64,000 bases of DNA from Balanoglossus misakiensis (Eukaryota; Animalia; Hemichordata): positions 9,240,196 through 9,304,195 of the forward strand of contig CM082594.2 in the NCBI GenBank assembly GCA_040954595.2, read 5' to 3'. The notes under the pieces were generated by a model. It saw only the letters and a program-made list of their open reading frames with translations. It ran no database searches and had not been told where the DNA came from. Both the position numbers and the translations under genes were made by a program. Each line of letters starts with the position of its first letter. Positions within the stretch are counted from its first letter, which is position 1. Shown here piece after piece: positions 59,101 through 64,000 of this stretch.

Positions 59101-62100
59101 GACAAAAACCATGGGTTATAGCTCAGGAAATCATCCAAAAATGACAATTTTTCGACTTCCCGGCATTTCAAAATTTCATCGATTTTTGACAAAAACCATG
59201 GGTTATAGCTCAGGAAATCATCCAAAAATGACAATTTTTCGACTTCCCGGCATTTCAAAATTTCATCGATTTTTGACAAAAACCATGGGTTATAGCTCAG
59301 GAAATCATCCAAAAATGACAATTTTTCGACTTCCCGGCATTTCAAAATTTCATCGATTTTTGACAAAAACCATGGGTTATAGCTCAGGAAATCATCCAAA
59401 AATGACAATTTTTCGACTTCCCGGCATTTCAAATTTCATCGATTTTTGACAAAAACCATGGGTTATAGCTCAGGAAATCATCCAAAAATGACAATTTTTC
59501 GACTTCCCGGCTTTTCAAAATTTCATCGATTTTTGACAAAAACCATGGGTTATAGCTCAGGAAATCATCCAAAAATGACAATTTTTCGACTTCCCGGCAT
59601 TTCAAAATTTCATCGATTTTTGACAAAAACCATGGGTTATAGCTCAGGAAATCATCCAAAAATGACAATTTTTCGACTTCCCGGCATTTCAAAATTTCAT
59701 CGATTTTTGACAAAAACCATGGGTTATAGCTCAGGAAATCATCCAAAAATGACAATTTTTCGACTTCCCGGCATTTCAAAATTTCATCGATTTTTGACAA
59801 AAACCATGGGTTATAGCTCAGGAAATCATCCAAAAATGACAATTTTTCGACTTCCCGGCATTTCAAAATTTCATCGATTTTTGACAAAACCATGGGTTAT
59901 AGCTCAGGAAATCATCCAAAAATGACAATTTTTCGACTTCCCGGCATTTCAAAATTTCATCGATTTTTGACAAAAACCATGGGTTATAGCTCAGGAAATC
60001 ATCCAAAAATGACAATTTTTCGACTTCCCGCATTTCAAAATTTCATCGATTTTTTGACAAAAACCATGGGTTATAGCTCAGGAAATCATCCAAAAATGAC
60101 AATTTTTCGACTTCCCGGCATTTCAAAATTTCATCGATTTTTGACAAAAACCATGGGTTATAGCTCAGGAAATCATCCAAAAATGACAATTTTCGACTTC
60201 CCGGCATTTCAAAATTTCATCGATTTTTGACAAAAACCATGGGTTATAGCTCAGGAAATCATCCAAAAATGACAATTTTTCGACTTCCCGGCATTTCAAA
60301 ATTTCATCGATTTTTGACAAAAACCATGGGTTATAGCTCAGGAAATCATCCAAAAATGACAATTTTTCGACTTCCCGGCATTTCAAAATTTCATCGATTT
60401 TGACAAAAACCATGGGTTATAGCTCAGGAAATCATCCAAAAATGACAATTTTTCGACTTCCCGGCATTTCAAAATTTCATCGATTTTTGACAAAAACCAT
60501 GGGTTATAGCTCAGGAAATCATCCAAAAATGACAATTTTTCGACTTCCCGGCATTTCAAAATTTCATCGATTTTTGACAAAAACCATGGGTTATAGCTCA
60601 GGAAATCATCCAAAAATGACAATTTTTCGACTTCCCGGCATTTCAAAATTTCATCGATTTTTGACAAAAAACCATGGGTTATAGCTCAGGAAATCATCCA
60701 AAAATGACAATTTTTCGACTTCCCGGCATTTCAAAATTTCATCGATTTTTGACAAAAACCATGGGTTATAGCTCAGGAAATCATCCAAAATGACATTTTT
60801 CGACTTCCCGGCATTTCAAAATTTCATCGATTTTTGACAAAAACCATGGGTTATAGCTCAGGAAATCATCCAAAAATGACAATTTTTCGACTTCCCGGCA
60901 TTTCAAAATTTCATCGATTTTTGACAAAAACCATGGGTTATAGCTCAGGAAATCATCCAAAATGACAATTTTTCGACTTCCCGGCATTTCAAAATTTCAT
61001 CGATTTTTGACAAAAACCATGGGTTATAGCTCAGGAAATCATCCAAAAATGACAATTTTTCGACTTCCGGCATTTCAAAATTTCATCGATTTTTGACAAA
61101 AACCATGGGTTATAGCTCAGGAAATCATCCAAAAATGACAATTTTTCGACTTCCCGGCATTTTCAAAATTTCATCGATTTTTGACAAAAACCATGGGTTA
61201 TAGCTCAGGAAATCATCCAAAATGACAATTTTTCGACTTCCCGGCATTTCAAAATTTCATCGATTTTTGACAAAAACCATGGGTTATAGCTCAGGAAATC
61301 ATCCAAAAATGACAATTTTTCGACTTCCCGGCATTTCAAAATTTCATCGATTTTTGACAAAAACCATGGGTTATAGCTCAGAAATCATCCAAAAATGACA
61401 ATTTTTCGACTTCCCGGCATTTCAAAATTTCATCGATTTTGACAAAACCATGGGTTATAGCTCAGGAAATCATCCAAAAATGACAATTTTTCGACTTCCC
61501 GGCATTTCAAAATTTCATCGATTTTTGACAAAAACCATGGGTTATAGCTCAGGAAATCATCCAAAAATGACAATTTTTCGACTTCCCGGCATTTCAAAAT
61601 TTCATCGATTTTTGACAAAAACCATGGGTTATAGCTCAGGAAATCATCCAAAAATGACAATTTTTCGACTTCCCGGCATTTCAAAATTTCATCGATTTTT
61701 GACAAAAACATGGGTTTATAGCTCAGGAAATCATCCAAAATGACAATTTTTCGACTTCCCGGCATTTCAAAATTCATCGATTTTTGACAAAAACCATGGG
61801 TTATAGCTCAGGAAATCATCCAAAAATGACAATTTTTCGACTTCCCGGCATTCAAAATTTCACTCGATTTTTGACAAAAACCATGGGTTATAGCTCAGGA
61901 AAATCATCCAAAAATGACAATTTTTCGACTTCCCGGCATTTCAAAATTTCATCGATTTTTGACAAAAACCATGGGTTATAGCTCAGGAAATCATCCAAAA
62001 ATGACAATTTTTCGACTTCCCGGCATTTCAAAATTTCATCGATTTTTGACAAAAACCATGGGTTATAGCTCAGGAAATCATCCAAAAATGACAATTTTTC

Positions 62101-64000
62101 GACTTCCCGGCATTTCAAAATTTCATCGATTTTTGACAAAAACCATGGGTTATAGCTCAGGAAATCATCCAAAAATGACAATTTTTCGACTTCCCGGCAT
62201 TTCAAAATTTCATCGATTTTTGACAAAAACCATGGGTTATAGCTCAGGAAATCATCCAAAAATGACATTTTTCGACTTCCCGGCATTTCAAAATTTCATC
62301 GATTTTTGACAAAAACCATGGGTTATAGCTCAGGAAATCATCCAAAAATGACAATTTTTCGACTTCCCGGCATTTCAAAATTTCATCGATTTTTGACAAA
62401 AACCATGGGTTATAGCTCAGGAAATCATCCAAAAATGACAATTTTTCGACTTCCCGGCATTTCAAAATTTCATCGATTTTTGACAAAAACCATGGGTTAT
62501 AGCTCAGGAAATCATCCAAAAATGACAATTTTTCGACTTCCCGGCATTTCAAAATTTCATCGATTTTTGACAAAAACCATGGGTTATAGCTCAGGAAATC
62601 ATCCAAAAATGACAATTTTTCGACTTCCCGGCATTTCAAAATTTCATCGATTTTTGACAAAAACCATGGGTTATAGCTCAGGAAATCATCCAAAAATGAC
62701 AATTTTTCGACTTCCCGGCATTTTCAAAATTTCATCGATTTTTGACAAAAACATGGGTTATAGCTCAGGAAATCATCCAAAAATGACAATTTTTCGACTT
62801 CCCGGCATTTCAAAATTTCATCGATTTTGACAAAAACCATGGGTTATAGCTCAGGAAATCATCCAAAAATGACAATTTTTCGACTTCCCGGCATTTCAAA
62901 ATTTCATCGATTTTTGACAAAAACCATGGGTTATAGCTCAGGAAATCATCCAAAAATGACAATTTTTCGACTTCCCGGCATTTCAAAATTTCATCGATTT
63001 TTGACAAAAACCATGGGTTATAGCTCAGGAAATCATCCAAAAATGACAATTTTTCGACTTCCCGGCATTTCAAAATTTCATCGATTTTTGACAAAAACCA
63101 TGGGTTATAGCTCAGGAAATCATCCAAAAATGACAATTTTTCGACTTCCCGGCATTTCAAAATTTCATCGATTTTTGACAAAAACCATGGGTTATAGCTC
63201 AGGAAATCATCCAAAAATGACAATTTTTCGACTTCCCGGCATTTCAAAATTCATCGATTTTGACAAAAACCATGGGTTATAGCTCAGGAAATCATCCAAA
63301 AATGACAATTTTTCGACTTCCCGGCATTTCAAAATTTCATCGATTTTTGACAAAAACCATGGGTTATAGCTCAGGAAATCATCCAAAAATGACAATTTTT
63401 CGACTTCCCGGCATTTCAAAATTTCATCGATTTTTGACAAAAACCATGGGTTATAGCTCAGGAAATCATCCAAAAATGACAATTTTTCGACGGCATTTCA
63501 AAATTTCATCGATTTTTGACAAAAACCATGGGTTATAGCTCAGGAAATCATCCAAAAATGACAATTTTTCGACTTCCCGGCATTTCAAAATTTCATCGAT
63601 TTTTTGACAAAAACCATGGGTTATAGCTCAGGAAATCATCCAAAAATGACAATTTTCGACTTCCCGGCATTTCAAAATTTCATCGATTTTTGACAAAAAC
63701 CATGGGTTATAGCTCAGGAAATCATCCAAAAATGACAATTTTTTCGACTCCCGGCATTTCAAAATTTCCATCGATTTTTGACAAAAACCATGGGTTTATA
63801 GCTCAGAAATCATCCAAAAATGACAATTTTCGACTCCCGGGCATTTCAAATTTCATCGATTTTTGACAAAAACCATGGGTTATAGCTCAGGAAATCATCC
63901 AAAATGACAATTTTCGACTTCCCGGCATTTCAAAATTTATCGTTTTTGACAAAAACCATGGGTTATAGCTCAGGAAATCATCAAAAATGACAATTTTTCG
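53105..64000 (+). repeat. 87-bp satellite DNA array (~125 monomers, runs off the window end)
   Basis: Core monomer: catgggttatagctcaggaaatcatccaaaaatgacaatttttcgacttcccggcatttcaaaatttcatcgatttttgacaaaaac. Two subfamilies are visible, with higher-order periodicities of 1740 bp and 523 bp. Confidence 0.99.

Noticed and set aside
56868-59449. 854-aa and 841-aa ORFs on opposite strands, and the other repeat ORFs from 54.4 to 63.5 kb
   Set aside because: Artefact of an 87-bp (29-codon) monomer lacking stops in two frames; no splice or promoter context, and indels break the frames freely.
53105-64000. CRISPR-like array (palindromic box at regular spacing)
   Set aside because: The inter-box sequences are identical repeats rather than unique spacers; eukaryotic context and no cas genes.

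Overview
Intron-rich animal genomic DNA, most likely an invertebrate deuterostome (inferred from gene content and KANSL1/ACADL similarity; species cannot be fixed). From left to right: (1) about 4 kb with no assignable gene; (2) a 2-coding-exon double-hotdog thioesterase-like gene ending in the peroxisomal signal AKL (minus); (3) an unrecognised 3-coding-exon, ~249-aa helical protein with a C-terminal membrane anchor (minus); (4) three tandem, intact, secreted DNase I paralogs (minus); (5) a ~30-exon SUR/ABCC9-like ABC transporter (minus), head-to-head with (6) ACADL (plus); (7) KANSL1 (plus), in the same ACADL->KANSL1-family order I recall for human 2q34; (8) three MITEs with distinct target-site duplications; (9) from ~52.9 kb to the end, a layered 87-bp satellite. 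The satellite runs from an inverted diverged edge through a 20-mer higher-order duplication and a 6-mer duplication into a homogeneous core. All gene models were spliced by eye; no database searches were run.
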